20,000 nucleotides of DNA, from the IMG/VR virus record IMGVR_UViG_3300001346_000004, one strand, 5' to 3'. The position numbers and the translations under genes were made by a program. The DNA comes from an uncultured virus (IMG/VR IMGVR_UViG_3300001346_000004). Taxonomy: Duplodnaviria; Heunggongvirae; Uroviricota; Caudoviricetes. This document shows positions 1 through 8,507 of the stretch, piece by piece. The notes below the pieces were generated by a model that was given only the letters and a program-made list of their open reading frames with translations, had not been told where the DNA came from and made no database searches. The first letter of the stretch is position 1. Each line of letters begins with the position of its first letter.

Positions 1-2
1 AT

Positions 3-419
3 AATTCGGATCCTAAGAATCCGGACTTCTTTTTCCAACCACTTATATTTTTAGAATCATTTAACAGCCCAGCCATACTGATGAAAATTGGTGGGCATGA
101 AGTTAAGATGCCTTTAGATTGGTCAATACTAGTTGGAGATAGTGAAAGCGGGTCTGACCCAGAAATATTGCCGCTTACATCTATCAACGAAAGAGGATTT
201 GAAGCATTTGTTTTTAATCCAATTAAAGGATATAAATTAGATTATACTGATATAGAAATAATTAACATCTATCAAGATGTTAGATGGTATTTTCCTAAAA
301 TGAAAAACGGACAATTACTATCAGTACCACTACACAACGAGTACAACCCACCATGTGCATTTTTTGTAAAAGAAATAAGCAGACAATCAGAAATAGTTTC
401 TGTGGGAGATTTGATGTGA
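3..419 (+). CDS. Phage hypothetical protein, 5'-truncated by the window edge; possible degenerate Hint-like beta fold
   Basis: The frame of ORF 81..419 is open back to position 3 (NSDPKNPDFFFQPLIFLESFNSPAIL-MKIGG...), so the real start lies upstream of the window. Stop TGA at 417-419. Confidence 0.75.
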   Translation, partial: NSDPKNPDFFFQPLIFLESFNSPAILMKIGGHEVKMPLDWSILVGDSESGSDPEILPLTSINERGFEAFVFNPIKGYKLDYTDIEIINIYQDVRWYFPKMKNGQLLSVPLHNEYNPPCAFFVKEISRQSEIVSVGDLM

Positions 420-455
420 TAAGTATTGATAACGCCGAAAAGAAAAGGAAGGTAT

Positions 456-824
456 ATGACTATGAAAGCAGGTAAAATATGGGGACAAACAGAACTCATT
501 CATGCGAACGGTGTACTAGAGTTTCATCGTATTGAATATAAAGCAGGTTATAAATGTTCAGAACACGAACATCAATATAAATGGAACGGATTCTTTGTTG
601 AATCGGGCAAGATGATTGTACGTGTTTGGCAAGATGCTGATCAAGAAGGACTAGTAGATGAAACTATTCTCGAAGCAGGTGAATTCACACAGGTAAAGCC
701 AGGAAAGATACATCAGTTTGAAGGACTAGAAGATGGAGTTGCTTTTGAATTGTACTGGGCTGAATTTAATCATGACGATATTGTTAGACGCACTGTCGGA
801 ACTAAAATTAAAGGTAACAAATGA
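456..824 (+). CDS. Cupin-fold protein (RmlC-like / sugar isomerase type)
   Basis: Cupin motifs CSEHEHQYKWNGFFVESG and GEFTQVKPGKIHQF. ATG 456 (or 462) follows AAGGAAGG. Confidence 0.8.
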   Translation: MTMKAGKIWGQTELIHANGVLEFHRIEYKAGYKCSEHEHQYKWNGFFVESGKMIVRVWQDADQEGLVDETILEAGEFTQVKPGKIHQFEGLEDGVAFELYWAEFNHDDIVRRTVGTKIKGNK

Positions 825-1582
825 AAGTAGGAATAATAGGTTACGGTTGGATAGGAAAGGCAACACAAAAACTCTTTCCAGATGCACAAGTATATGACAA
901 ATATATAGAAGGGTATACGAAACCTTTAGAAAATTGTGACATTGCATTTCTTGCTGTACCTACTCCATGGAATCAAGGAGACGGACTAGATTGTTCTGCT
1001 GTAGAAGATGCAATAGCAACATGTGGTGCTGACTTTATTGTAATTAGAAGTGCAACACAGCCAGGATTTGCAGACGAAATGGTTAAGAAATACAAAAAGA
1101 AAATAGTTGTACAACCAGAATACCTAGGCGAAACACCTAATCATCCTTTCTTACAGATGGATTCAAGACAGTTTATGATTATAGGCGGTGAAGCAGAAGA
1201 TAGAAGAAAAGTTATTGAATGCTATCAACAAGCCTACAATGCAAACGTCACTATTAGACAAGTAACAAGATACGAAGCAGAAATTATTAAATTTACAGAA
1301 AATCGTGCAATATTTTACAAGGTTATGCAGTGTCAAGAACTGTATGATGCATGTGAAGCAGCAGGAGTAGATTACTACACAATACGTGATGCAGTTTACG
1401 GTGACGACCCAAGACAAAACTTATGGTTCAGTTTTGTGTTTCCTAAAAATAGAGGAGCCAACAGTAAATGCATTCCTAAAGACATTTACGGATGGTGTGC
1501 ATGGGCAGAAAGCGTTGGTGTTGATCCTAAAGCAACAAAATCTTTACTAGAATACAATCAGTTTTTGCTCGGCAAAGATTAA
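821..1582 (+). CDS. ugd: UDP-glucose/GDP-mannose dehydrogenase family protein lacking the C-terminal UDP-binding domain
   Basis: Rossmann GIIGYGWIG, FLAVPTP, IRSAT, PEYL, AEIIKFTEN (catalytic Lys) and SKCIPKD (catalytic Cys). Only 253 aa. Confidence 0.85.
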   Translation: MKVGIIGYGWIGKATQKLFPDAQVYDKYIEGYTKPLENCDIAFLAVPTPWNQGDGLDCSAVEDAIATCGADFIVIRSATQPGFADEMVKKYKKKIVVQPEYLGETPNHPFLQMDSRQFMIIGGEAEDRRKVIECYQQAYNANVTIRQVTRYEAEIIKFTENRAIFYKVMQCQELYDACEAAGVDYYTIRDAVYGDDPRQNLWFSFVFPKNRGANSKCIPKDIYGWCAWAESVGVDPKATKSLLEYNQFLLGKD

Positions 1583-1588
1583 TCAGAA

Positions 1589-2218
1589 ATGATTAATAAA
1601 ATTACCACAGTTATAGCAGGCGATGCAAATTTTAAAAAATATGTAGACAAAGCAGTTGCATATTCTAAAAATGTTGGATATGATCCTGTAGTTTATGATT
1701 TAGGCGGACTAGGTTACGGAACTCCTTTCAATGCAAGGGTAAGTCCTAAAGTCGGAGCAAAAATACCGTCGAAACCAGGCCTAATTATGGAAACTTTGAA
1801 GACTGTCAACGACGGCGATTACGTTGTGTGGCTAGATGCTGACGCACTTATAGAACAACCTATAGATGAAATAATGTTTGACTATGATATAGGTGTTACA
1901 GTAAGACAACCTAAACAAATTGAAAATAGTTTGCCTATAAATGCAGGAATAGTGTTTGTAAGAAAAACAAAGGCTGCTTTAGACTTCGTAGAACGATGGA
2001 TGACACTGTGTGAGACAGGTATAAGCGACCAACAAGAACTAAACAAGTTGTGCAAAGTAACAACTGAACATACAGACACCACAGTAATTAGAGGATACGT
2101 AAGAATACGTGTGTTTCCTTGTAAAATCTATAATAATTTTTATTTTGCAAAAAAGAAAGTACCGCATGCAAAAATAAAACATTATAAAAGTAAACTAAGA
2201 CATCTTTGGCCGGAGTAA
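1589..2218 (+). CDS. GT-A fold glycosyltransferase (nucleotide-diphospho-sugar transferase)
   Basis: YVVWLDADA DxD motif, INAGIVFV, SDQQELN, C-terminal IKHY. Lies in the sugar-nucleotide cluster. Confidence 0.8.
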   Translation: MINKITTVIAGDANFKKYVDKAVAYSKNVGYDPVVYDLGGLGYGTPFNARVSPKVGAKIPSKPGLIMETLKTVNDGDYVVWLDADALIEQPIDEIMFDYDIGVTVRQPKQIENSLPINAGIVFVRKTKAALDFVERWMTLCETGISDQQELNKLCKVTTEHTDTTVIRGYVRIRVFPCKIYNNFYFAKKKVPHAKIKHYKSKLRHLWPE

Positions 2219-2220
2219 AC

Positions 2221-3042
2221 ATGAAAATATTAGTAACAGGTAGTAACGGATACATAGGAAAACATTTATGTAAAATGTTACATGGAAAGTATGAATTACA
2301 TGGAATTGATCTAGACGATGAAAGCCATACAGCGTATCTTACTAAGTATTTTCCAATTAATATTGATGAAAAATTTCAATTGACAGATGAATACGACTGT
2401 GTAATACACCTAGCAGCCTTAGTAAGAGTTGGAGAAAGTGTTAGCCACAGGTCAAGATACGAAAAAACAAATATAGTTGGAACACGCAACGTTTTAAACG
2501 GAGCAAATTACAAAAATTTTGTATTTGGATCAACTGGTGCTGCTGCAACACCTACATCTCCTTATGCTCTAACAAAATTAATGGCAGAAGGCGAAATAGA
2601 AGAAGTGTGTACCAATAATAACAAGCCGTACACTATGTTTAGATTTTATAATGTAACTGGTACCGATGGATTTGCTGCAACCAATCCAGATGGTTTGTTC
2701 TTCAAACTAAATGAAGCCATTGAAACTGGTGAATTTTCAATTTATGGTGGAGATTATGAAACTAGAGACGGTACAGCAATACGTGATTATGTACATGTCA
2801 ACGAAATTTGCAATGCATTAGAAAAAGCAATTACTGCACCTTCCAATTCTATAGAAAATTTAGGACATGGTAAAGGTTATACAGTAAAAGAGATAGTAGA
2901 CACTTTCAAAGAAGTAAACAAAGTGGAATTTGACGTAATTATTGAAGATAGACGTGAAGGAGATCCTCCAAAAAACGTTTTGGACTCAGTTTCAATTTAT
3001 ATGGAAGAACTTTACACATTGGAAGATTATCTAAAAATTTAA
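2221..3042 (+). CDS. galE: UDP-glucose 4-epimerase / NAD-dependent epimerase (extended SDR)
   Basis: ILVTGSNGYIG, VIHLAA, YALTK (YxxxK), RFYNVTG, DGTAIRDYVHV, RREGD. ATG 2221 follows GGAG. Confidence 0.9.
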   Translation: MKILVTGSNGYIGKHLCKMLHGKYELHGIDLDDESHTAYLTKYFPINIDEKFQLTDEYDCVIHLAALVRVGESVSHRSRYEKTNIVGTRNVLNGANYKNFVFGSTGAAATPTSPYALTKLMAEGEIEEVCTNNNKPYTMFRFYNVTGTDGFAATNPDGLFFKLNEAIETGEFSIYGGDYETRDGTAIRDYVHVNEICNALEKAITAPSNSIENLGHGKGYTVKEIVDTFKEVNKVEFDVIIEDRREGDPPKNVLDSVSIYMEELYTLEDYLKI

Positions 3043-3071
3043 TTGACAAACACTCTTTGTCATGTTAAAAT
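3043..3071 (+). promoter_or_regulatory. Sigma70-type promoter with extended -10
   Basis: TTGACA (3043-3048), 17-nt spacer ending TGt, TAAAAT (3066-3071); upstream of AAGGAG and ATG 3104. Confidence 0.8.
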
Positions 3072-3103
3072 AAAAGAGTAAATTTAACTAAAAGGAGAAG
3101 GTA

Positions 3104-3301
3104 ATGCTTCATAAAATTAGTCAAATGTGTGATAAAGTTAATGTTATGTACGATAAGTCCATGGTACTTAGACGTCTGAAATACGACACTCCAAAAGATC
3201 AAAGAGACAACGATCAAATAGATATGTTGGTTCAAGACATACAAGCACTAGCACGTGATATTGCAAATGACCAGTCGCCATATACAAAGTTGGATGACTA
3301 A
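3104..3301 (+). CDS. Hypothetical protein (65 aa, helical)
   Basis: Strong RBS AAAAGGAG and a promoter directly upstream. Confidence 0.75.
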   Translation: MLHKISQMCDKVNVMYDKSMVLRRLKYDTPKDQRDNDQIDMLVQDIQALARDIANDQSPYTKLDD

Positions 3302-3521
3302 GATATACGAATCTCCAGATAACGGAGAAACAATATTTGAACGTGATACAGAAACTGGAGTTAGAATCTGTATTGAAAAGAAAAAATATCCTGATTGGTA
3401 TTTGGACGATCATGATTTTTCTGAAATACAGCATCTTGCAAATAGGGGAAATAAGGCCTTGCAAAAAATGCTAAAAGAACTTAAACTAATATACAAATTG
3501 TCGAAGGATAGTGATGAGTAA
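3294..3521 (+). CDS. Hypothetical protein (MTKIYESPDNGETIF...)
   Basis: ATG 3294 overlaps the end of the previous gene; fills the operon without a gap. Confidence 0.7.
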   Translation: MTKIYESPDNGETIFERDTETGVRICIEKKKYPDWYLDDHDFSEIQHLANRGNKALQKMLKELKLIYKLSKDSDE

Positions 3522-3984
3522 AGACGCAAAATTAAAACTAAATGAAATACTTGGTGCTATTGATCTCAACGCAAAAGAAGTATGGGATGATTTGTCAGAA
3601 GAGCAACGTAAAAGTATTGTTTTCTTCACGCTTAACCGCTATATAAGCAACGTACAAGGGTCTAGAGAAGATAAGGAGCACTTTGTACTGCTAGGCAACG
3701 AACGCTTTAATAAGAACCTTTTCCTGCTGTTAAACAAGCATAATAAATTACTATGGCAACTAGCATGTAGTTGTGGTCATGAGTCAAAAAAGGTGTTTTT
3801 CCATAAATGGATGAAACTAACAAAAAGCAAAAACAAAAAGGCAGAGTTTTTAGGCAAACTGTATCCTAATATGAAACAGGTAGATTTGGATGCAATGAGT
3901 GAAATTACAACAGATAAAGAGATCAAAGAATACTGCAAAGAATTAGGCTGGGATAAGAAAGAAATCAATGCAATCAAATTATAA
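3511..3984 (+). CDS. T4 gp62-like sliding-clamp loader small subunit
   Basis: The pattern FTLNRYIS...NERFN...LLWQL...FHKWMK...FLGKLYP resembles the gp62 (clamp loader A subunit) family. Size (157 aa) and replication-gene context fit. Confidence 0.6.
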   Translation: MMSKDAKLKLNEILGAIDLNAKEVWDDLSEEQRKSIVFFTLNRYISNVQGSREDKEHFVLLGNERFNKNLFLLLNKHNKLLWQLACSCGHESKKVFFHKWMKLTKSKNKKAEFLGKLYPNMKQVDLDAMSEITTDKEIKEYCKELGWDKKEINAIKL

Positions 3985-4651
3985 ATGTCCATACTGTGGT
4001 AAGTCATTTTCAAAAGAGAAGACTCTGGCAGTACATGTGTGTGAACCGAAAAGACGTCATTTATCTAAAAACGAAAAGCATGTTCAACTGGCGCTTTTGA
4101 CATACCAACGATTTTATGAAATTAGTCAACAACAGCAAGGTAAGACATTTGACGAGTTTGTGAAGAGTCCATACTATAATGCGTTTGTAAAGTTTGGAAG
4201 TTTTATGTCTAACGCTAACCCTATATACCCAGAAAAATTTATAGACTTTGTTATAAAGAGCGGAGTGAAACTAGATCATTGGTGCCGTGATGAATTATAT
4301 GATACATATCTAAAAGAATTATTAAAAATTGAACCTGCTGATGGTGCAATACAAAGAACAATAAAAACTATGATGGATTGGGCAGACGATAATGAAGCAA
4401 CATGGAATCATTATTTTAGTTACTGCAATCTAAACAGAGCAACACACGATATTAAAGAAGGCAAAATATCTCCATGGTTACTTTTACAAAGTAAGACAGG
4501 AAAAAAGATGTTGAAAACTATGAATGATGAACAACTATCAATAATAGGAGATATTATTAGTCCCCAACACTGGATAGGCAGATTTAAAAAACTTCCTGCT
4601 GACGTTGAACTAGTCAAAGAAGTAATAGCGGAGGCAAAAATAGATGGATAA
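3968..4651 (+). CDS. N-terminal zinc-finger protein of unknown function
   Basis: YKCPYCGKSFSKEKTLAVHVC matches the classical finger consensus Y-x-C-x2-C-GK-x-F-x5-L-x2-H. Confidence 0.8.
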   Translation: MQSNYKCPYCGKSFSKEKTLAVHVCEPKRRHLSKNEKHVQLALLTYQRFYEISQQQQGKTFDEFVKSPYYNAFVKFGSFMSNANPIYPEKFIDFVIKSGVKLDHWCRDELYDTYLKELLKIEPADGAIQRTIKTMMDWADDNEATWNHYFSYCNLNRATHDIKEGKISPWLLLQSKTGKKMLKTMNDEQLSIIGDIISPQHWIGRFKKLPADVELVKEVIAEAKIDG

Positions 4652-5243
4652 TAAATTACATGCAGACATGTGGTTTCCTAGTATCTTGTGGAGTACAATG
4701 CTTGAAGACATAGATAATAAAGCACTAGTTGAGTATGCCAATCAATTAAGAAGCCAAGATAGTGAAGGGCAACATCATAGTAACAGAACAGGATATCATA
4801 GTACTTACATAGAAAACAGTAACAACAATGCTTATATTAAACTACTAGAAAGAATAAACAGTTGTGTAAATGAATGTGCAAAAAGTGTGCGATTAGGTGA
4901 TGTAAAATTGGCAAACATATGGTTCATGATTAATGGCAAAGGAGCCTACAATATTCCACATACACATCCTGGATCAATTCTAAGCGGAGTGTATTATCCA
5001 TATGCTATTCCAGGTATGGGTGCATTTGCATTTGAAAGAACAGACGGAGCAGAACACTATCTACCAACAGTTCCAGAACCTACTCCATTTAATGTAGGAA
5101 ATTGGCATTATCCAAGTGAGACTGGAAAATTACTTATATTTCCAAGTTGGTTACGTCACCATGTAGAACAGAATCAGATAGATGAAGAAAGAGTAAGTAT
5201 TTCATTTAATTTTTCTAGTACAAGGGAGTATCAAGATGCCTGA
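4644..5243 (+). CDS. 2OG-Fe(II) oxygenase (TIGR02466-like phage family)
   Basis: PHTHPGSILSGVYY, LLIFPSWLRHHV, RVSISFN. Confidence 0.88.
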   Translation: MDNKLHADMWFPSILWSTMLEDIDNKALVEYANQLRSQDSEGQHHSNRTGYHSTYIENSNNNAYIKLLERINSCVNECAKSVRLGDVKLANIWFMINGKGAYNIPHTHPGSILSGVYYPYAIPGMGAFAFERTDGAEHYLPTVPEPTPFNVGNWHYPSETGKLLIFPSWLRHHVEQNQIDEERVSISFNFSSTREYQDA

Positions 5244-5808
5244 TATAGATATAGATTTTTTAGATAGAGAAAAAGCATTATCTCATTTTAAACATGTTCG
5301 TGCAAGACGTGAAGATGATGGTAAGGTACTTAAACACAACACAGGAGTTTACATGCACGAGGTTCCTTTTGATCCTAAAAATAACTTGTGTAGTATAGAG
5401 TATGACAAAGCCGAAGATAACGGTTTGTTTAAACTTGATTTCTTAAATGTATCGTTATACAAAGGNATCAAGAACGAAGAGCACCTAACAAAATTAATGG
5501 ATAAGGAACCACTATGGGAACTACTAGAACAGGACGATTTCTCAAACTTGCTCTTTCACGTCAACGGACATGGTATCATATTAAGAAAACTGAAACCAAC
5601 AAACATACCACAGTTGGCAGCGGTACTAGCGATGATACGTCCGGCGAAGAGACATCTGATAGAAAAGACGTGGACGGACATTATGAACGAGGTGTGGACG
5701 AAGCCTAAAGGTAATGAATACTTCTTTAAAAAATCTCATGCAACAGCATATGCGGTAGCAGTTGTTGTACAAATGAACTTAATCTGCGAGCAATTATATG
5801 AACTATGA
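5236..5808 (+). CDS. dnaE: Miniature DNA polymerase III alpha (C-family) catalytic fragment
   Basis: MPDIDIDF, KHNTGVY, GLFKLDFLNV, LAAVLAMIRPA and YFFKKSHATAYA are the DnaE palm/finger motifs, in order, within 190 aa. Confidence 0.85.
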   Translation: MPDIDIDFLDREKALSHFKHVRARREDDGKVLKHNTGVYMHEVPFDPKNNLCSIEYDKAEDNGLFKLDFLNVSLYKXIKNEEHLTKLMDKEPLWELLEQDDFSNLLFHVNGHGIILRKLKPTNIPQLAAVLAMIRPAKRHLIEKTWTDIMNEVWTKPKGNEYFFKKSHATAYAVAVVVQMNLICEQLYEL

Positions 5809-6037
5809 AATGAACGATTATAGAAAACCCCCTAAAAAACCTAAGTTAGGTAAATGGCCTTTTTGGGTTGTTCCTGAATTCTGGGCATTACAATACGTAA
5901 CAAGACTTGCATTGGTATTGTTTGTCCTGCCATTCTTGTTCGGCATGGCACTAACACCCGGTGGTATATTCTTAATGTTTATAGTGTATGATTATGTGAC
6001 TTACCGCTCACTTAAGACGGCTTTCGGACTAGAGTAA
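5798..6037 (+). CDS. Small membrane protein
   Basis: Two hydrophobic segments (LALVLFVLPFLFGMAL; GIFLMFIVY). Overlaps the dnaE stop. Confidence 0.6.
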   Translation: MNYEMNDYRKPPKKPKLGKWPFWVVPEFWALQYVTRLALVLFVLPFLFGMALTPGGIFLMFIVYDYVTYRSLKTAFGLE

Positions 6038-6383
6038 TTGACTTACGTTTTATTCTTTTAATAATAATATTGTTTAAACTTGTAACCGGACCATGCAAAA
6101 CTCTTACATCTTTTGAAGTAAAATTGCGTATTGTGTATGCAAACTGTTGTATTTCATTGCGTAAAAATATATTGATAGGAACTTGCCTGTTTGACTCCCA
6201 CCACCATGCTTCTCCTAGCTCAAGCATCTTACTTTTCTCTTCATCAGTACTACACAATTCATAGTCATAGAAGCTCGTAACATTGCTGTCTTGGTTTATT
6301 ATTATTCCCACATATTCCTTGTCAGAGTGTGTTAATACGCTAATAAACGGGAAGTTCTCTTGTAAATTTTTTGTTATTCTCAT
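6012..6383 (-). CDS. Phage hypothetical protein (WWWESNR motif)
   Basis: 123-aa ORF with a globular, protein-like sequence; divergent from the gene at 6438. Confidence 0.8.
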   Translation of the reverse strand: MRITKNLQENFPFISVLTHSDKEYVGIIINQDSNVTSFYDYELCSTDEEKSKMLELGEAWWWESNRQVPINIFLRNEIQQFAYTIRNFTSKDVRVLHGPVTSLNNIIIKRIKRKSITLVRKPS

Positions 6384-6408
6384 TCTTTTTTTAGATAGCT
6401 CTCATCGA

Positions 6409-6414
6409 TAAATA
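6409..6414 (+). promoter_or_regulatory. T4-like late promoter core TAAATA
   Basis: gATAAATA in the intergenic gap, 23 nt before ATG 6438 (a probable virion gene). Confidence 0.55.
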
Positions 6415-6437
6415 GTATAAAGGTTCATGTTAAACAT

Positions 6438-7334
6438 ATGCAAATTAACTCAATATATTTATATCCAAACAAGTTGGATGTTTACACAAGTGACACAGCA
6501 ACTTGGACTGCGGAGAGAAACAGAATGGTATACAATCGTAATCTAAAGGTCTATAGAGGATCAGACAATCGCATTGATCTGCAACTACGAAACGGCGATC
6601 AAAAAGCGTATAATGCTACAGGCAGCACTATTATTTTTAATCTAGTGAACAACGAGACGCAAGATTTAGTTGTAAGAAAAGATTGTAGTGTAGATGACAT
6701 CAGTGTAGGCAGAGTATACGCTACTATTACAGAAGAAGAATTATTAGACATAGAAGCAGGATATTACTCATATAGTTTCCACAAAGAAACTAGAACTAAC
6801 GTAGATAGTACTGATTACAAAGTTGAGTCAAAGACACCGCTATACATGGATAGTCAATACGGTGCTATTGGCACTATAGAAATAATAGGTGGTATGGAAG
6901 GTAAACCTTATGATACTAAAACTGTTGACACATTCAGAAAAATTACTAATTTTGATGTACCATCAGAGAAATCATCTGGAGATCCATTAGATAGTCCACG
7001 TCCAAACTTTGCACAAAATTATAATACATCAGGATACGAAGAATATTTTATTAGTAGCACAATAGAAGCAAATCCAAGAATGTCTACACCACAAAGTTTA
7101 CACACATTCCAATTTTACTACAACAACTATATTGGAGATGTAATACTTCAAGGAAGTTTGGGAGAAGGTGGTAATCCAATTGAAGGATCATGGACAAATA
7201 TTAATACATTTACAATCACAGCAGCCAATTTAAATGAATTCCATAATGTTACAGGAAAGTATAATTGGTTTAGAATTAAGCATACTCCGGACGAAAATAA
7301 CACAGGAACAGTTGACAAAGTATTATATAGATAG
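6438..7334 (+). CDS. Probable virion structural protein (beta-rich, baseplate/BppU-N-like N-terminal half)
   Basis: T/N/S/Y-rich beta-strand pattern (NRIDLQLRNGDQKAYNATGSTIIFNL...GRVYATIT...GYYSYSF) with a late-promoter motif upstream. The function is inferred. Confidence 0.55.
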   Translation: MQINSIYLYPNKLDVYTSDTATWTAERNRMVYNRNLKVYRGSDNRIDLQLRNGDQKAYNATGSTIIFNLVNNETQDLVVRKDCSVDDISVGRVYATITEEELLDIEAGYYSYSFHKETRTNVDSTDYKVESKTPLYMDSQYGAIGTIEIIGGMEGKPYDTKTVDTFRKITNFDVPSEKSSGDPLDSPRPNFAQNYNTSGYEEYFISSTIEANPRMSTPQSLHTFQFYYNNYIGDVILQGSLGEGGNPIEGSWTNINTFTITAANLNEFHNVTGKYNWFRIKHTPDENNTGTVDKVLYR

Positions 7335-7340
7335 TATAAT
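7312..7340 (+). promoter_or_regulatory. Perfect-consensus sigma70 promoter for the primase gene
   Basis: TTGACA (7312-7317), 17 nt, TATAAT (7335-7340); ATG starts 7 nt after the last base of the -10. Confidence 0.9.
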
Positions 7341-7346
7341 ACATGT

Positions 7347-8378
7347 ATGACTTTGGTTCTAGATACATTTCAGACACTTATTCCGCCTCGGGCAAAAAGT
7401 AATCCAAGCGGTTGGACTAGTTTTAATGCTCCGTGTTGCCATCATCGCGGACATAGTACTGACAAGCGTAAGCGTGGTGGACTTAGATTTGATTCAGGTG
7501 TAGTTTTTAACTGTTTCAATTGTAAGTATACTGCTAGTTGGCAACCTGGCAGACCGTTATCTGAAAAGTTTAAATCTTTATGTAGATGGCTAGGCGCATC
7601 AGAAGATACTATCAATGTTATGATATTCGAAGCATTGAAAACAGAATCTCCTGAATACACGCCAAGAGAATCACAAGTCAGGATATCATTTGCAGAAAAG
7701 AAACTTCCTGATAACAGTTTGCCAATTGCTGAATGGCTCGACTCCGACTTTGCTGGCAATAAAAAACTTGAAGAAATGTTTGCAAAAGTTGTTGCATATA
7801 TCTATGACAGAGGATTTGATCCAACAAGTAAAGACTTTTATTGGAGCCCTCAAGAAGGATACCAAGACAGAGTAATAGTTCCTTTCTATTACAAAGGTAA
7901 AACAGTTGGTAACACAGCAAGAAAGGTAAGAAGCGGAAGGCCTAAATATCTAAGTGATCATCACAATAGTTTTGTATATAACATTGATGCACAAGAAGAA
8001 GATCAGAAATATATATTTGTTACAGAAGGTCCTTTCGATGCATTATCTGTCGATGGTGTAGCATTACTTACAAACAATGTAAGCGAGCAACAATATAGAA
8101 TTATCCAAGGACTAGGACATGAAGTAATTGTTATTCCAGATCAAGATGAAGCAGGAATAAACTTAATTAATAAGTCAATTGAATATGGTTGGAGTGTTGC
8201 TTTTCCTAATTGGGAAGATGATGTTAAAGATATAGCAGACGCTGTAATAAAGTATGGTAAACTATTTGTTATGATGGATGCTATTAAAACTGCACAAGCA
8301 GGATCAATAAAACTTAACATGGCAAAGCAGAAGTTTAAGAATAAGTTGGAGAAAATAAATGAAAAAGCAACTATGTAA
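7347..8378 (+). CDS. dnaG: DNA primase (T4 gp61/DnaG-like)
   Basis: N-terminal Zn-binding FNAPCC...FNCFNC, RVIVPF, PKYL, Toprim motifs VTEGPFDA and IPDQDEAG, KDIAD. Confidence 0.9.
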   Translation: MTLVLDTFQTLIPPRAKSNPSGWTSFNAPCCHHRGHSTDKRKRGGLRFDSGVVFNCFNCKYTASWQPGRPLSEKFKSLCRWLGASEDTINVMIFEALKTESPEYTPRESQVRISFAEKKLPDNSLPIAEWLDSDFAGNKKLEEMFAKVVAYIYDRGFDPTSKDFYWSPQEGYQDRVIVPFYYKGKTVGNTARKVRSGRPKYLSDHHNSFVYNIDAQEEDQKYIFVTEGPFDALSVDGVALLTNNVSEQQYRIIQGLGHEVIVIPDQDEAGINLINKSIEYGWSVAFPNWEDDVKDIADAVIKYGKLFVMMDAIKTAQAGSIKLNMAKQKFKNKLEKINEKATM

Positions 8379-8484
8379 TATATGGAATAAAGTAAAAAAA
8401 TACTTTACAGATATATATTTTAAATTTAAGATGAGAAAAAAGATAAAGGAAATGAAAAGGAAAGATCCGTTTATCTACAAATAA
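8359..8484 (+). CDS. Small basic protein, 41 aa, ending KRKDPFIYK (absent from the ORF track)
   Basis: MKKQLCNIWNKVKKYFTDIYFKFKMRKKIKEMKRKDPFIYK. GGAG RBS upstream; fills the gap between the primase and the next gene. Confidence 0.75.
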   Translation: MKKQLCNIWNKVKKYFTDIYFKFKMRKKIKEMKRKDPFIYK

Positions 8485-8507
8485 CAAGAATGGAAAGGAT
8501 ACATCGA

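Noticed and set aside
5464..5466. Ambiguous base n in dnaE as a possible stop or frameshift
   Set aside because: The codon is GGN, which is Gly whichever base it is; the frame is intact.
5236..5808. Cyanobacterial-type split-intein DnaE
   Set aside because: No intein N- or C-terminal sequence at either end; the protein starts directly at the palm motif.
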